The notes under the pieces: generated by a model | The model's input: only the letters and a program-made list of their open reading frames with translations | What the model was told of the DNA's origin: nothing | The model's database searches: none | Source of the DNA: Patescibacteria group bacterium | GTDB taxonomy: Bacteria > Patescibacteriota > Patescibacteriia > JBDRGY01 | DNA length: 64,000 nucleotides | Reading direction: 5' to 3' | NCBI GenBank assembly: GCA_043817315.1 | Contig: JBDRGY010000001.1 | Location: 78,702-142,701, forward strand | Translations under genes and position numbers: made by a program | Shown here: in pieces, positions 44,422 through 53,674 of the stretch | How positions within the stretch are numbered: position 1 is the first letter of the stretch | How the letters are laid out: every line of letters begins with the position of its first letter

Positions 44422-44451
44422 CTCCGGGGGAAACCCTGCCCCGGAGTTTTT
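44422..44451 (+). terminator. Intrinsic terminator downstream of tRNA-Gln: CTCCGGGG-loop(9 nt)-CCCCGGAG followed by TTTTT.
   Basis: GC-rich 8-bp stem followed by a 5-T tract. Confidence 0.55.
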
Positions 44452-44497
44452 AGTTAGAGAGTTTACCAAACCTTCTCTATTTGCTATAATTTGTGAT

Positions 44498-45421
44498 ATG
44501 AGAATAGCTGAAGTTAAAAGTAAAAACCTGACTTGGATTAATATTAATGACCCGGATGAATCTGCGGCTGATTATCTGAAGAACTTAAAAAAGCGCTTTC
44601 ATCCGCTTAATATCCAAGACTCAATCGAAATTAACCAGACCCCCAAAATCGATACCTACCTTGGCTACACTTTTATTGTCTTACACTTCCCGGCTTATGA
44701 TTCTGAGGAGAAGACTATTTGCAATTACGAACTTAACATTTTTATCGGTAAAGGTTATTTAATTACAATTCCAGAAGCACGTATTGAGGCACTGGAAAAA
44801 TACTTTCAATATTTCAAAAAACGAGTGTCCAAGAAAGGAACAACTGGTTTCAAGGCTTCTTCCAGCTTTCTTTTGTATAAAGTCTTGGACAAGCTTTATC
44901 GAGATACTTTACCGTTGATTAATACCATGGCTAAAGATATAGATGAAATTGATAAGGATATTAGCCATGAAAATACAAAGAGGGCGGTCAGGGACCTGAT
45001 GGTTATCAGAAGAAATATTTTGCATCTCCGCCGGATTATTGAACCTCAAAAATTGATCATCAACACCCTGTCTAATCTTAAAATTAGTTATTTCCCCGAA
45101 GAAATATCGATTTACTATAAAGACATAAGAGATTATTTAAACAGGGTCTGGGCCAATATCCAAGGATTCAAGGATTTTGTTGAAGGGTTAAACGACACCA
45201 ATGAAGCTTTGATTTCCCACCGCACCAATGAGGTTATTAAAGCCCTAACCATAATCTCCGTTTGCTTATTACCATTAACCCTCCTTTCTGGGATTTATGG
45301 AATGAATATCGTCGGCCTGCCCTGGGCCGGTCATCGTTATGCCCTACATATAATATTGGGGATTATGGCGGTAATATTAATCGGCACCTTATGGTTTTTA
45401 AGAAGAAAAGATTGGCTTTAA
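44498..45421 (+). CDS. corA: Second CorA-family Mg2+ transporter paralog. The ORF-track start at 44408 would overlap the tRNA. The ATG at 44498 is preceded by TGCTATAAT.
   Basis: GMN motif YGMNIVGLPWAGH with two C-terminal TM helices. N-terminal domain aligns with the 5090-6043 CorA (GYTFIVLHFPAY with GYAFLILLFPVY; FIGKGYLITI with FIGQNYLITV). Confidence 0.8.
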   Translation: MRIAEVKSKNLTWININDPDESAADYLKNLKKRFHPLNIQDSIEINQTPKIDTYLGYTFIVLHFPAYDSEEKTICNYELNIFIGKGYLITIPEARIEALEKYFQYFKKRVSKKGTTGFKASSSFLLYKVLDKLYRDTLPLINTMAKDIDEIDKDISHENTKRAVRDLMVIRRNILHLRRIIEPQKLIINTLSNLKISYFPEEISIYYKDIRDYLNRVWANIQGFKDFVEGLNDTNEALISHRTNEVIKALTIISVCLLPLTLLSGIYGMNIVGLPWAGHRYALHIILGIMAVILIGTLWFLRRKDWL

Positions 45422-45441
45422 AATAATTTACTCATATTCTT

Positions 45442-46038
45442 ATGGCAAAAAACAACACCAGTAAAAACAAGTCTAGTGGCAAGCCAGGTAAAAAAGAGAT
45501 TCATAACGCCATGTTTTATCAGAGCTCCCACTATTATTTGGCAATACTGACGGTTATTGCCCTGACTTTTATTATGATTGTTTATCTGGACGACATCAAG
45601 GAGACTAGCCAGCAATTAAATATTGTAGCTGAGGAGATTGCTCAAATTAATCTGAGTAGCGACTATCAAGAGGTTGTGGTGGATATTGTTGATGACTACT
45701 TTATGGAGCGTCAGAACTTGGATGCAAGCAGTTCAGTAACCGAGATAGTTTTGGGGCAACGATCGGATTTGATCGAGGAGGCACTTGATCAGTTGGTACT
45801 GCTAAAGGTGACAGAAGAGGACAAAGATTTCCACCTAAAGTTATTATTGGCCTTTAACCAGATTAAAGATTCAGAAAATACCTATAGCCAGTCAATTCAA
45901 TATAGTAACGGCCTGGCCGGAAAAACCATTGACTTGGAGATGGCTGACCAGCTACTTGCCTCTTCCAAGGAAAGCTATCAGGCAGCCACTGCTTCGGTCG
46001 ACCTGTTGCAGCAGCAAAATACCTGGTTTAGTTATTAG
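45442..46038 (+). CDS. Hypothetical single-pass membrane protein of 198 aa.
   Basis: TM helix YYLAILTVIALTFIMIVYL. Coiled-coil-like C-terminal part. Confidence 0.5.
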   Translation: MAKNNTSKNKSSGKPGKKEIHNAMFYQSSHYYLAILTVIALTFIMIVYLDDIKETSQQLNIVAEEIAQINLSSDYQEVVVDIVDDYFMERQNLDASSSVTEIVLGQRSDLIEEALDQLVLLKVTEEDKDFHLKLLLAFNQIKDSENTYSQSIQYSNGLAGKTIDLEMADQLLASSKESYQAATASVDLLQQQNTWFSY

Positions 46039-46044
46039 AATCAA

Positions 46045-47121
46045 ATGCCATCAACAAAGATAATTACACTTGCCGTATTTTTACTGGTAATAATAATGGG
46101 AGGATTTTTCGTATTCTTTGCCAATAGTCAGGATGAAACCATACTGAACCAGCCTCCGGTCGAAAGTGCTAACAGCCTAGTTAATCAGATAGCTATGGCT
46201 TGCCAGGATCAGGGCAATTGGGGCTTATACATGCAAGACCAGGCGGGGGGAAAGACTTCACTAATTGTAGACAGCGCTCAAAATGAACTAGCACCAATTA
46301 TTGAGCCCTCCAATAACAGTCTCATCTATATTTTAGAAGAAGAAATATACAACCGAATTGCTGAATATTCCTTGATTAATCAAGAAAAAAACAACTTGAT
46401 CTTTACCAAGAATGATATCTCTACCATAAAGTTATCACCCAATGGCCGCCGGCTACTTTATACGGAAAATTCAGATGGTGGGCAAGATCTTTTCTATTAT
46501 GATGCCGACCTGGATCAGTTGAACAAAGTGAGCGGCGAAGTTGTCTCTTTTGGCTGGTTCTTAGACAGTAATAAATTTGTTTACATAAGAGACAATAAGA
46601 TGTTACTAGCCACCATAAACCCTATTTCCAACGAACTGGATAAAGATCTAGAGATTGTGGAAGGGATAGCCAGTCCCCAGGCAGTGCCCGGTGCTTCTGA
46701 CCTTTTTATTGCGGCCAAACAGACTGATGACGGCATCAGTTTAGTTTTGGTAGATACCAAACAAAAAACCATTAAAGATTTCTCGCAAATTGAATTTGCA
46801 CCGGATAGTAATAGCACTTTTAACATGACCTACGCTCCCGATCAGTCGTATATTATCTTATCTATCATCAATCAGGCAAACCAAAAAGCAAAAGTCTGGT
46901 TAATTAACAGAACAGGTCAAACCGTCCAGGGAGTCCTTAGCGATGTTATGGCACCTATCTGGTCATCGGATAGTCAGTATCTTCTTTATAGCAAAGTTGA
47001 TGCTGAGAGTAACCAAAATATCTGGTCGTACAATATAGTAACTAAAGAGGAAGAACAGTTGACCTCACTAAACAACTGTCAATCTCCCAATGTTGCTTCT
47101 TCACTGACTAACAAAAAATAA
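46045..47121 (+). CDS. Membrane-anchored TolB-like (PD40/WD40-like) beta-propeller protein.
   Basis: TM helix IITLAVFLLVIIMGGFFVFF. PD40-type blades SPNGRRLLYTENSDGGQDLFYYD, APDQSYIILS and WSSDSQYLLYSK. Confidence 0.45.
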   Translation: MPSTKIITLAVFLLVIIMGGFFVFFANSQDETILNQPPVESANSLVNQIAMACQDQGNWGLYMQDQAGGKTSLIVDSAQNELAPIIEPSNNSLIYILEEEIYNRIAEYSLINQEKNNLIFTKNDISTIKLSPNGRRLLYTENSDGGQDLFYYDADLDQLNKVSGEVVSFGWFLDSNKFVYIRDNKMLLATINPISNELDKDLEIVEGIASPQAVPGASDLFIAAKQTDDGISLVLVDTKQKTIKDFSQIEFAPDSNSTFNMTYAPDQSYIILSIINQANQKAKVWLINRTGQTVQGVLSDVMAPIWSSDSQYLLYSKVDAESNQNIWSYNIVTKEEEQLTSLNNCQSPNVASSLTNKK

Positions 47122-47125
47122 CAAT

Positions 47126-47890
47126 ATGCTACTGATTAACAGATTGATTCCAATAGTAGGCACTATAGTGATCTGGATTTCTATGGAGAGTATTGTCTTA
47201 GCACCTAACCATTGGTACCTTTTTGCAATCCTGTTGGTGGTAGTCATAACAATATTGACCCTGAGAATTTTTGCTTGGCAATATCACAAAAAAGAGTTTT
47301 GGGGTTTCTTATCATCCATATTATTACTGATAACCAGTTCCATTTTTTTTCTTTTTTTCATCGATGGCAGTATCGCTAGGCTAAGCTTCATAGTGGCCAC
47401 CAGTATCCTGGGGGGTTTTTATCTCAATAATATATTTCTCTATTTACACAGACCCAAATCTTATCAAGCTTATGCTCTGCAGAACGTTTCTGGTTATCTA
47501 AACCTTATTTCATTATTTCTTTTTTCCAGTAGTCTATTTAGCACCATCGTCTTCCTTAACGTCCCAGTCTATCTGTTAATTGTCCTTTTCTTCATTGTAA
47601 CTTACGCTTTGATCGCGCAGAGCTTCTGGGTTAATTCGATAGATATTGATAAAAGTAAGATATTTCTACTGGTCATGGCATTCTTGATGACTGAATTGTT
47701 CTGGTCTGCCCACTATCTACCGACTAGCTTTTTTGTAAACGGTCTTGTTCTAACCCTGATTTTTTACATGATCCAGCAGCTTGGTTTAAACTATTTTTCA
47801 GGAAAAGATGAACCGGCCACTATCAAAAGGACTTTATTAATAGGCAGTAGTATGATAGTATTACTACTAGTTTTTGCTCAATGGACTTAA
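47126..47890 (+). CDS. Polytopic (7-8 TM) membrane protein of unknown function.
   Basis: Multiple hydrophobic helices of 20 residues or more throughout the 254 aa. Confidence 0.55.
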   Translation: MLLINRLIPIVGTIVIWISMESIVLAPNHWYLFAILLVVVITILTLRIFAWQYHKKEFWGFLSSILLLITSSIFFLFFIDGSIARLSFIVATSILGGFYLNNIFLYLHRPKSYQAYALQNVSGYLNLISLFLFSSSLFSTIVFLNVPVYLLIVLFFIVTYALIAQSFWVNSIDIDKSKIFLLVMAFLMTELFWSAHYLPTSFFVNGLVLTLIFYMIQQLGLNYFSGKDEPATIKRTLLIGSSMIVLLLVFAQWT

Positions 47891-47894
47891 TGAA

Positions 47895-49136
47895 ATGAAA
47901 TTAATACCAACCCCAACTTCACCAAAAAAGCTACGTTCCAAGCAAGAGATAGAAAAATTCTACAAAACAGAAGATTTGAAATCAATCAAACAGCCTAACA
48001 GAAAGTGGCGTAGTTCAGTATTACTGGCAGTGGTCTTAGCTGCTATTTTTGGTTTTTTAGGAGGAGTAATTGGCGAGATAATAATAAATTCTTATATTCT
48101 TACCGAATCGGACATTCTAGAACAACTATATCTGGGAAAAAATACTACCAGTACTGTGACAACAGTCAAAAAAGATAAAAGTGAGCAGACGGTAACCTCT
48201 GAAACTATTAGCCGGGTTTCTAATAACTTGGTAGCCATCTATCAACAAAAAGAGGAAGGCTACTATCTGGCCAACCAGACCCTGGGCAGCGGAGTGATCT
48301 TAACCAGCGACGGTCTGGGAGTAACCACTAATGAGGTTATTACTGATCCGCAGTCAGATTTGGTGGTAATAACCCCAGCCAGAAAAATTTATACCATTAC
48401 CCATGTTTATGAGGACCCTATCAGCCCTTTGGTCTTCTTTAAATTTTCCGAAACTGGTTTGTCAGTGGCCGAACTAGTTAACCGACAGGATATTAGTTTG
48501 GGTGAGGAGTTGCTGGGGGTGCAAAACGTGATTGATAGCTCCCAGCGACAGGTTTTTTCCACCAAGGTAGCTCGTCTGTACTGGCATCCCGAAAATGGAT
48601 CGACTATCAGTTCATCAGAGAAATTAGCTGATTATCTTCGGGTTCACCCTGGACTTCCAGTCGATAGTTTATCGACTTCAATTGTTGACAGCTCAGGAAA
48701 GTTGGTTGGTATCTATTATACCAATCAGTCGACTTACCAAGCGGTTATCAGCTCAGATCTGATCAATTCTGCTTTGGATAGTATTTTGAACAACAATGAG
48801 ATAATTCGTCAATATTTAGGTGTCAATTACCTGGATCTATCGCAGATTTTAGATCCCGGGGGAGATGACAGTCACGGCTTAAAAAAGGGCGTTCTAATTA
48901 CTGGCGATGAATCTAGCGGAACTGTTGCCGTTCTGGCTGATAGTCCTGCTGAGGAATCAGGCATTACCTGGGGAGATATTATTCTAAGCATAGAGGAAGT
49001 AGAGATCAACCAGAAGAATTCTTTACCCAGCTTAATTCAGCAATGGCCCCTGGATCAGCCCCTGGAGTTTGAAATCCTACGCGACGGAAAAGAGAAGAAG
49101 ATTTCAGTTACCCTAACTAAGATAAACGAGCAATAA
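47895..49136 (+). CDS. Membrane-anchored HtrA/DegP-like trypsin-fold domain plus a C-terminal PDZ domain, with an apparently degenerate catalytic triad. The ORF-track start is a TTG at 47874.
   Basis: TM helix VLLAVVLAAIFGFLGGVIGEII. GSGVILTSDGLGVTTNEVI (the His of TNxHV is missing), DLVVIT, and DSSGKLVGIYY in place of GNSGGPL. PDZ segment GITWGDIILSIEEVEIN. Confidence 0.45.
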   Translation: MKLIPTPTSPKKLRSKQEIEKFYKTEDLKSIKQPNRKWRSSVLLAVVLAAIFGFLGGVIGEIIINSYILTESDILEQLYLGKNTTSTVTTVKKDKSEQTVTSETISRVSNNLVAIYQQKEEGYYLANQTLGSGVILTSDGLGVTTNEVITDPQSDLVVITPARKIYTITHVYEDPISPLVFFKFSETGLSVAELVNRQDISLGEELLGVQNVIDSSQRQVFSTKVARLYWHPENGSTISSSEKLADYLRVHPGLPVDSLSTSIVDSSGKLVGIYYTNQSTYQAVISSDLINSALDSILNNNEIIRQYLGVNYLDLSQILDPGGDDSHGLKKGVLITGDESSGTVAVLADSPAEESGITWGDIILSIEEVEINQKNSLPSLIQQWPLDQPLEFEILRDGKEKKISVTLTKINEQ

Positions 49137-49140
49137 AAAT

Positions 49141-51387
49141 ATGAAAAAAATATTTTCGACAATATTAGTCTTCATCTTTCTTTTTAGTTTCTTAATGCCC
49201 CAAGAAGTTTTTGCCAGAGAGGCCAAGACTGATTATCAGGCCTACATTGTAAAGTTTGCCGATAAGGACGAAATTACCAAAATGCATTTTTATTCCCAGG
49301 AAGAGGGCTATCAAATTATGAATAAAATTTCTCCGGATCGTCAGATAGAATACTTAGAACCTGATTATCCTATGTTTGCCAGCTTAGAAACCGATGATCC
49401 GGAGTATTCCAGACAATGGGCCTTTCCCCATATCAATGTACCTTCAGCCTGGGAGGAAACCACCGGAGATGATATTGTCATTGCCGTATTGGATTCGGGG
49501 GTAGATCTGGATCACCCCGACCTTGAAGGTAATCTATGGTCCAACGATGACGAAATTGCCGGCAATGGTATCGATGATGACAGCAACGGATACATAGATG
49601 ATGTCCTGGGCTGGGACTTTGTTGACGATGATAATGATCCCAACCCTGATTTATCAGAATACGACACTTATGTTAACACCAATAATTACCAAACTTGGTA
49701 TAGTGGCGTTAATCATGGCACTGTGGTAGCTGGACAAGTTGCTGCCATAGGCAACAACACAACTGGTATTGTCGGTGTAGCCTTTGATGCTAACATAATG
49801 GCTATCCGCACCCTTAACAGTCTGGGTGTTGGCTCCACTTCTTCGGTGGCCCAGGGAATTGATTTTGCAGTTGCCATGGGTGCAGATATTGTTAACCTGA
49901 GTTTTACCGGTAATGATACCAATGCCACTTTGCAAAATTCATTACAGAACGCCGCGGATAAAGGTGTCTTAATTGTGGCAGCCGCTGGAAATAATGATAA
50001 GAATTTAAATGATACCCCGGTTTATCCTGCCTGTAGCGATACCGGAGACGATAATATAGTATTGGGAGTGGCCTCGGTTGATGACGACAATCAAAAACCG
50101 AGCTGGTCTAATTATGGAGATGATTGTATCGATATAGCAGCCCCCGGAACCAATATATACAGCACAGTCGTATATAACACCGAAAAGTCCTTATCCGATT
50201 ATTATAGCAGTGGTTGGTATGGAACTTCAGTGTCAGCTCCTTTGGTTTCCGGAGTAGCGGCTTTAGTCAAGGCCAAGTTTCCTACTGCCACTAATTCTGA
50301 AATTATGGAAACCATTATTGATCATGCCGTAAGTCTGGATGGGGATAATCCTGATTATGTCGGGCAGCTGGGTGGCTTAATTGATGCCCATCAAAGCTTG
50401 GGCGTCCAGGAGATAGTGAGTATTGAGCCTTCTTTACTGGTAGCCGGAGCAGGATATGGGGGAGGTCCCCAGGTCAGGATATTTGATAGAGGAGGAAATT
50501 TAAGCTCGCAGTTCTTTGCTTTTGCTGAGGATTTTCGGGGCGGAGTCAATGTGGCCTTTGGCGACCTGGATCAGGATGACCAATTTGAAGTAATCGCTGG
50601 TGCTGGCCAAGGCGGAGGGCCCCAGGTACGGGTTTTTGACCAGGACGGTAATTTGTTATCACAATTCTTTGCTTATGACGAAAGTTTTCGAGGTGGCGTT
50701 AATGTAGCTTTGGGTGATGTTGACCAGGATGACCAAAATGAGATTATTACCGGAGCGGGTAACGGTGGTGGTCCTCAAGTGCGGGTTTTCGATACCGAGG
50801 GAAATTTGGAAAATCAATTTTTTGCCTATGGCGAGAATTTTAGAGGCGGTGTCTATGTCAATACAGGAGACTTGGATGGGGATGGAACTGATGAAATATT
50901 GACCGGAACCGGTAACGGAGGAGGACCCCAGGTACGAACTTTTGACGGTTATGGTAATGCAGTTTTTACACCCGGATTTTTCGCCTATGCCGAACATTTC
51001 CGAGGTGGGGTCTTGGTTTCAGCTGGAGATCTAAACGGTGACGGACTGGACGAAATCGTGACTGGTACCGGAGTTTCCGGCGGCCCTCACGTAAGAACCT
51101 TCGACAGATTTGGTAATGCAGTTTTTACACCCGGATTTTTTGCCTATGCCGAGCACTTCCGAGGCGGGGTCTTGGTTTCAGTCGGTGATTTAGATGGTGA
51201 TGGTACCGAGGAAATAATAACCGGCACTGGTTACGGCGGTGGCCCTCATGTCAGAACCTTTGATCGTTATGGAAACGCTGTTTTTACCCCAGGATTTTTT
51301 GCCTTCGCCGAAAACTTCCGAGGTGGAGTCAATGTTGCCTCCAGCCCTGGGATTACTACCACTACTTATCAATACGGCTTAGATTAG
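49141..51387 (+). CDS. Secreted subtilisin-like (S8) serine protease with an I9 propeptide, fused to a C-terminal FG-GAP beta-propeller of seven or more blades.
   Basis: Signal peptide. Catalytic Asp VIAVLDSGVDLDHPDL, His HGTVVAGQVAA and Ser GTSVSAPLVSGVAAL. Repeats GGGPQVRVFDQDGNLLSQFFAYDESFRGGVNVALGDVDQDDQNEIITGAG. Confidence 0.85.
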   Translation: MKKIFSTILVFIFLFSFLMPQEVFAREAKTDYQAYIVKFADKDEITKMHFYSQEEGYQIMNKISPDRQIEYLEPDYPMFASLETDDPEYSRQWAFPHINVPSAWEETTGDDIVIAVLDSGVDLDHPDLEGNLWSNDDEIAGNGIDDDSNGYIDDVLGWDFVDDDNDPNPDLSEYDTYVNTNNYQTWYSGVNHGTVVAGQVAAIGNNTTGIVGVAFDANIMAIRTLNSLGVGSTSSVAQGIDFAVAMGADIVNLSFTGNDTNATLQNSLQNAADKGVLIVAAAGNNDKNLNDTPVYPACSDTGDDNIVLGVASVDDDNQKPSWSNYGDDCIDIAAPGTNIYSTVVYNTEKSLSDYYSSGWYGTSVSAPLVSGVAALVKAKFPTATNSEIMETIIDHAVSLDGDNPDYVGQLGGLIDAHQSLGVQEIVSIEPSLLVAGAGYGGGPQVRIFDRGGNLSSQFFAFAEDFRGGVNVAFGDLDQDDQFEVIAGAGQGGGPQVRVFDQDGNLLSQFFAYDESFRGGVNVALGDVDQDDQNEIITGAGNGGGPQVRVFDTEGNLENQFFAYGENFRGGVYVNTGDLDGDGTDEILTGTGNGGGPQVRTFDGYGNAVFTPGFFAYAEHFRGGVLVSAGDLNGDGLDEIVTGTGVSGGPHVRTFDRFGNAVFTPGFFAYAEHFRGGVLVSVGDLDGDGTEEIITGTGYGGGPHVRTFDRYGNAVFTPGFFAFAENFRGGVNVASSPGITTTTYQYGLD

Positions 51388-51402
51388 TGATTATAAACTA
51401 GG

Positions 51403-51834
51403 ATGAAAAAATTATTAGCCAAACATCCTAACTTTATTCAATTTACTAAATTTTGTATTGTTGGTGCTTCTGGTGCGGCGGTCGATTTTGGGATTTATAC
51501 CTTGCTAAGAAAAGTGGTAGGTATGAATGAAATTCCGGCCACTGCCATTTCTGTCCCCTTAGCCATTTTGAATAACTTCATTTGGAATAAATACTGGACA
51601 TTTAAAAGGGGAAAATCACAACAGAGTTATCAAGAATCTGTTAAGTTTTTCGTGGTAAGTATGATTAACTATTTTATACATTTGGCGATTTTTAAAGGGT
51701 TGTTGGATTATACTTCCATTAAGCAATTACTCAGCAACAACGGAGACTATCTGGCCAAAACTATAGCAATTGGTGTAGTGATGATTTCCAATTATATTGG
51801 TAATAAATACTGGACTTTTCGCATAAAATCTTAG
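51403..51834 (+). CDS. GtrA-family membrane protein (putative polyprenyl-phosphate-sugar flippase component).
   Basis: KFCIVGASGAAVDFGIYTLL...NFIWNKYWTF; four TM helices in 143 aa. Confidence 0.75.
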   Translation: MKKLLAKHPNFIQFTKFCIVGASGAAVDFGIYTLLRKVVGMNEIPATAISVPLAILNNFIWNKYWTFKRGKSQQSYQESVKFFVVSMINYFIHLAIFKGLLDYTSIKQLLSNNGDYLAKTIAIGVVMISNYIGNKYWTFRIKS

Positions 51835-51857
51835 CTGATATTAGCTATTTTTACTGC

Positions 51858-51886
51858 ATTGAAAAAGTAGATATTTTTTGTTATAC
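51858..51886 (+). promoter_or_regulatory. Sigma70 promoter TTGAAA-17-TATACT upstream of the glycosyltransferase gene at 51912.
   Basis: ttgaaaaagtagatattttttgttatact. Confidence 0.5.
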
Positions 51887-51911
51887 TGACTTTACCCAGA
51901 ATCATTAAATA

Positions 51912-52631
51912 TTGAATAATTATTTGATGAACTTCTCACTTTCAATCGTTATTCCGGTTTATAATGAAGCGGCCAGAATTACCAAAAGCCTGGAGAAAAT
52001 AATCAAGTATTTTGAAAGAGATGATTATGAAATACTGATAATTGACGATGGTTCTTCGGATAGAACTCTGGATATAGTTCGCTCATTTAGAAACAATCGG
52101 ATCAGAATATTACGCAATGAAGTCAATTTAGGCAAGGGTTATTCTGTTAAAAAGGGAGTGTTAGCCGCTACCAAGAGTCATATTCTATTTTCTGACGCCG
52201 ATCTATCAACCCCCATTGCCGAATTTGAAAAATTCAAGCCCTATCTAAAAAGTCATGATATATTAATTGGTTCCAGGGCTATGACTAATTCTGATGTTAA
52301 GGTTCGTCAACCGATATATAAGGTGATCCTGGGCCGACTGGGCAATCTGATGATCCGCCTGCTGGCGGTTAAGGGAATCCAGGATACCCAGTGTGGTTTC
52401 AAGTTGTTTAACCGTCAGAGTAAAAAGTTATTTACCAAATCAACCATCTATCGTTGGGGGTTTGATTTCGAGATATTGTACATTGCCCAAAAGCAGAAAT
52501 TGAATATTAAAGAAATTCCGGTTGTCTGGGTAAACGATCCCAGAAGTAAGGTCAAAAAAATCGATTATCTGATTACCTTTTACGATTTAATAAAAATAAG
52601 AATTAATAATATTTTAGGAAAGTACAAATAA
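51912..52631 (+). CDS. GT2 polyprenyl-phosphate glycosyltransferase (GtrB/DPM1/ArnC-like).
   Basis: LSIVIPVYNEAARI, DDGSSD and DADLS (DxD) motifs; 239 aa. Confidence 0.75.
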   Translation: MNNYLMNFSLSIVIPVYNEAARITKSLEKIIKYFERDDYEILIIDDGSSDRTLDIVRSFRNNRIRILRNEVNLGKGYSVKKGVLAATKSHILFSDADLSTPIAEFEKFKPYLKSHDILIGSRAMTNSDVKVRQPIYKVILGRLGNLMIRLLAVKGIQDTQCGFKLFNRQSKKLFTKSTIYRWGFDFEILYIAQKQKLNIKEIPVVWVNDPRSKVKKIDYLITFYDLIKIRINNILGKYK

Positions 52632-52633
52632 TT

Positions 52634-53656
52634 ATGGCTAGACCGAAACCAATTTTTGAAAAAAAGAACATATTAATCACGGGTGGAGCCGGGTTTATCG
52701 GTTCTCACCTTTGTGATGAACTGATAAAGAAAAACCGGGTGATCTGTATTGACAATTTCTCTACCGGCAACGTTCAAAATATTGAACATCTTCTCAAAAA
52801 TCCAGATTTTAAATTTATCAAACATGATATAGCCGAACCCCTTGATCTTGACAGCTTACCTGACCTAGAACCTTTTAAAGTTGCCTTTCAAGGAGTACAG
52901 GATGTTTATAATCTGGCTTGCCCCACTTCACCCAAAGATTACAACAAATTTCCCGTGGAAACCTGTCTAGCCAATTCACATGGAACAAAAAACGCTCTCG
53001 ACTGGGTAGTCAAATACCAATCTAAGTTTTTACATCTATCAACTTCTGCTGTCTACGGCGATCCGATTGAGGACCAACCCCTGCTAGAAAAATATTGGGG
53101 CTATATAGATCCTATTGGTCCCAGATCATGTTATAACGAGGGCAAGAGGTATGCAGAATGCCTGACAACTAATTACGCTCTTACTCATAAGATCGCCATA
53201 AAGATTGCCAGGGTATTCAACACTTATGGGCCTCGGATGAGATTAACAGACGGACGCATGATTCCCGACTTTGTCACTGCCGCAATCGAAAATAAGGATT
53301 TGATAATCTACGGAGATGGCAAACAAGTTAGTTCCTACTGTTATATTGATGATTTAGTCGAGGGCATAATCAAATTCATGAATGCAGAAATTACTGGTCC
53401 GATCAATATGGGAAGTCCTAAGGTATATACAATCCTGGATATTGCCAATAAAATAATCGAAATCACCGGCTCCGATTCCAAGATTGTTTACAAAGACCCC
53501 ATTCTCTTTCTGGCCAAACAGGGAGTGCCGGACATTACTTGGGCCAAGGAGAAGATCGGCTGGTTTCCCATTATTTCTCTGGAAGATGGACTGCAAAGGA
53601 CCATTGATTATATGAAAGGCAGCAAGGCAGTGGGTTTCGAACAGGTTAAAATATAA
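52634..53656 (+). CDS. UDP-glucuronate decarboxylase (UDP-xylose synthase)-type short-chain dehydrogenase/reductase (SDR).
   Basis: [33 protein letters not shown]; catalytic YNEGKRYAE; 340 aa. Confidence 0.75.
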   Translation: MARPKPIFEKKNILITGGAGFIGSHLCDELIKKNRVICIDNFSTGNVQNIEHLLKNPDFKFIKHDIAEPLDLDSLPDLEPFKVAFQGVQDVYNLACPTSPKDYNKFPVETCLANSHGTKNALDWVVKYQSKFLHLSTSAVYGDPIEDQPLLEKYWGYIDPIGPRSCYNEGKRYAECLTTNYALTHKIAIKIARVFNTYGPRMRLTDGRMIPDFVTAAIENKDLIIYGDGKQVSSYCYIDDLVEGIIKFMNAEITGPINMGSPKVYTILDIANKIIEITGSDSKIVYKDPILFLAKQGVPDITWAKEKIGWFPIISLEDGLQRTIDYMKGSKAVGFEQVKI

Positions 53657-53674
53657 ATATTAAGCAAATAAAAA

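Noticed and set aside
44408-44497. ORF-track extension of corA2 upstream to 44408.
   Set aside because: It would overlap the tRNA-Gln and its terminator. The ATG at 44498 with the upstream TGCTATAAT is the more plausible start.
5090-45421. Two corA paralogs as a possible duplication artefact or mis-assembly.
   Set aside because: The proteins are clearly diverged, aligning only in blocks, and sit in different contexts with their own promoters. They are ordinary paralogs, not an assembly duplicate.
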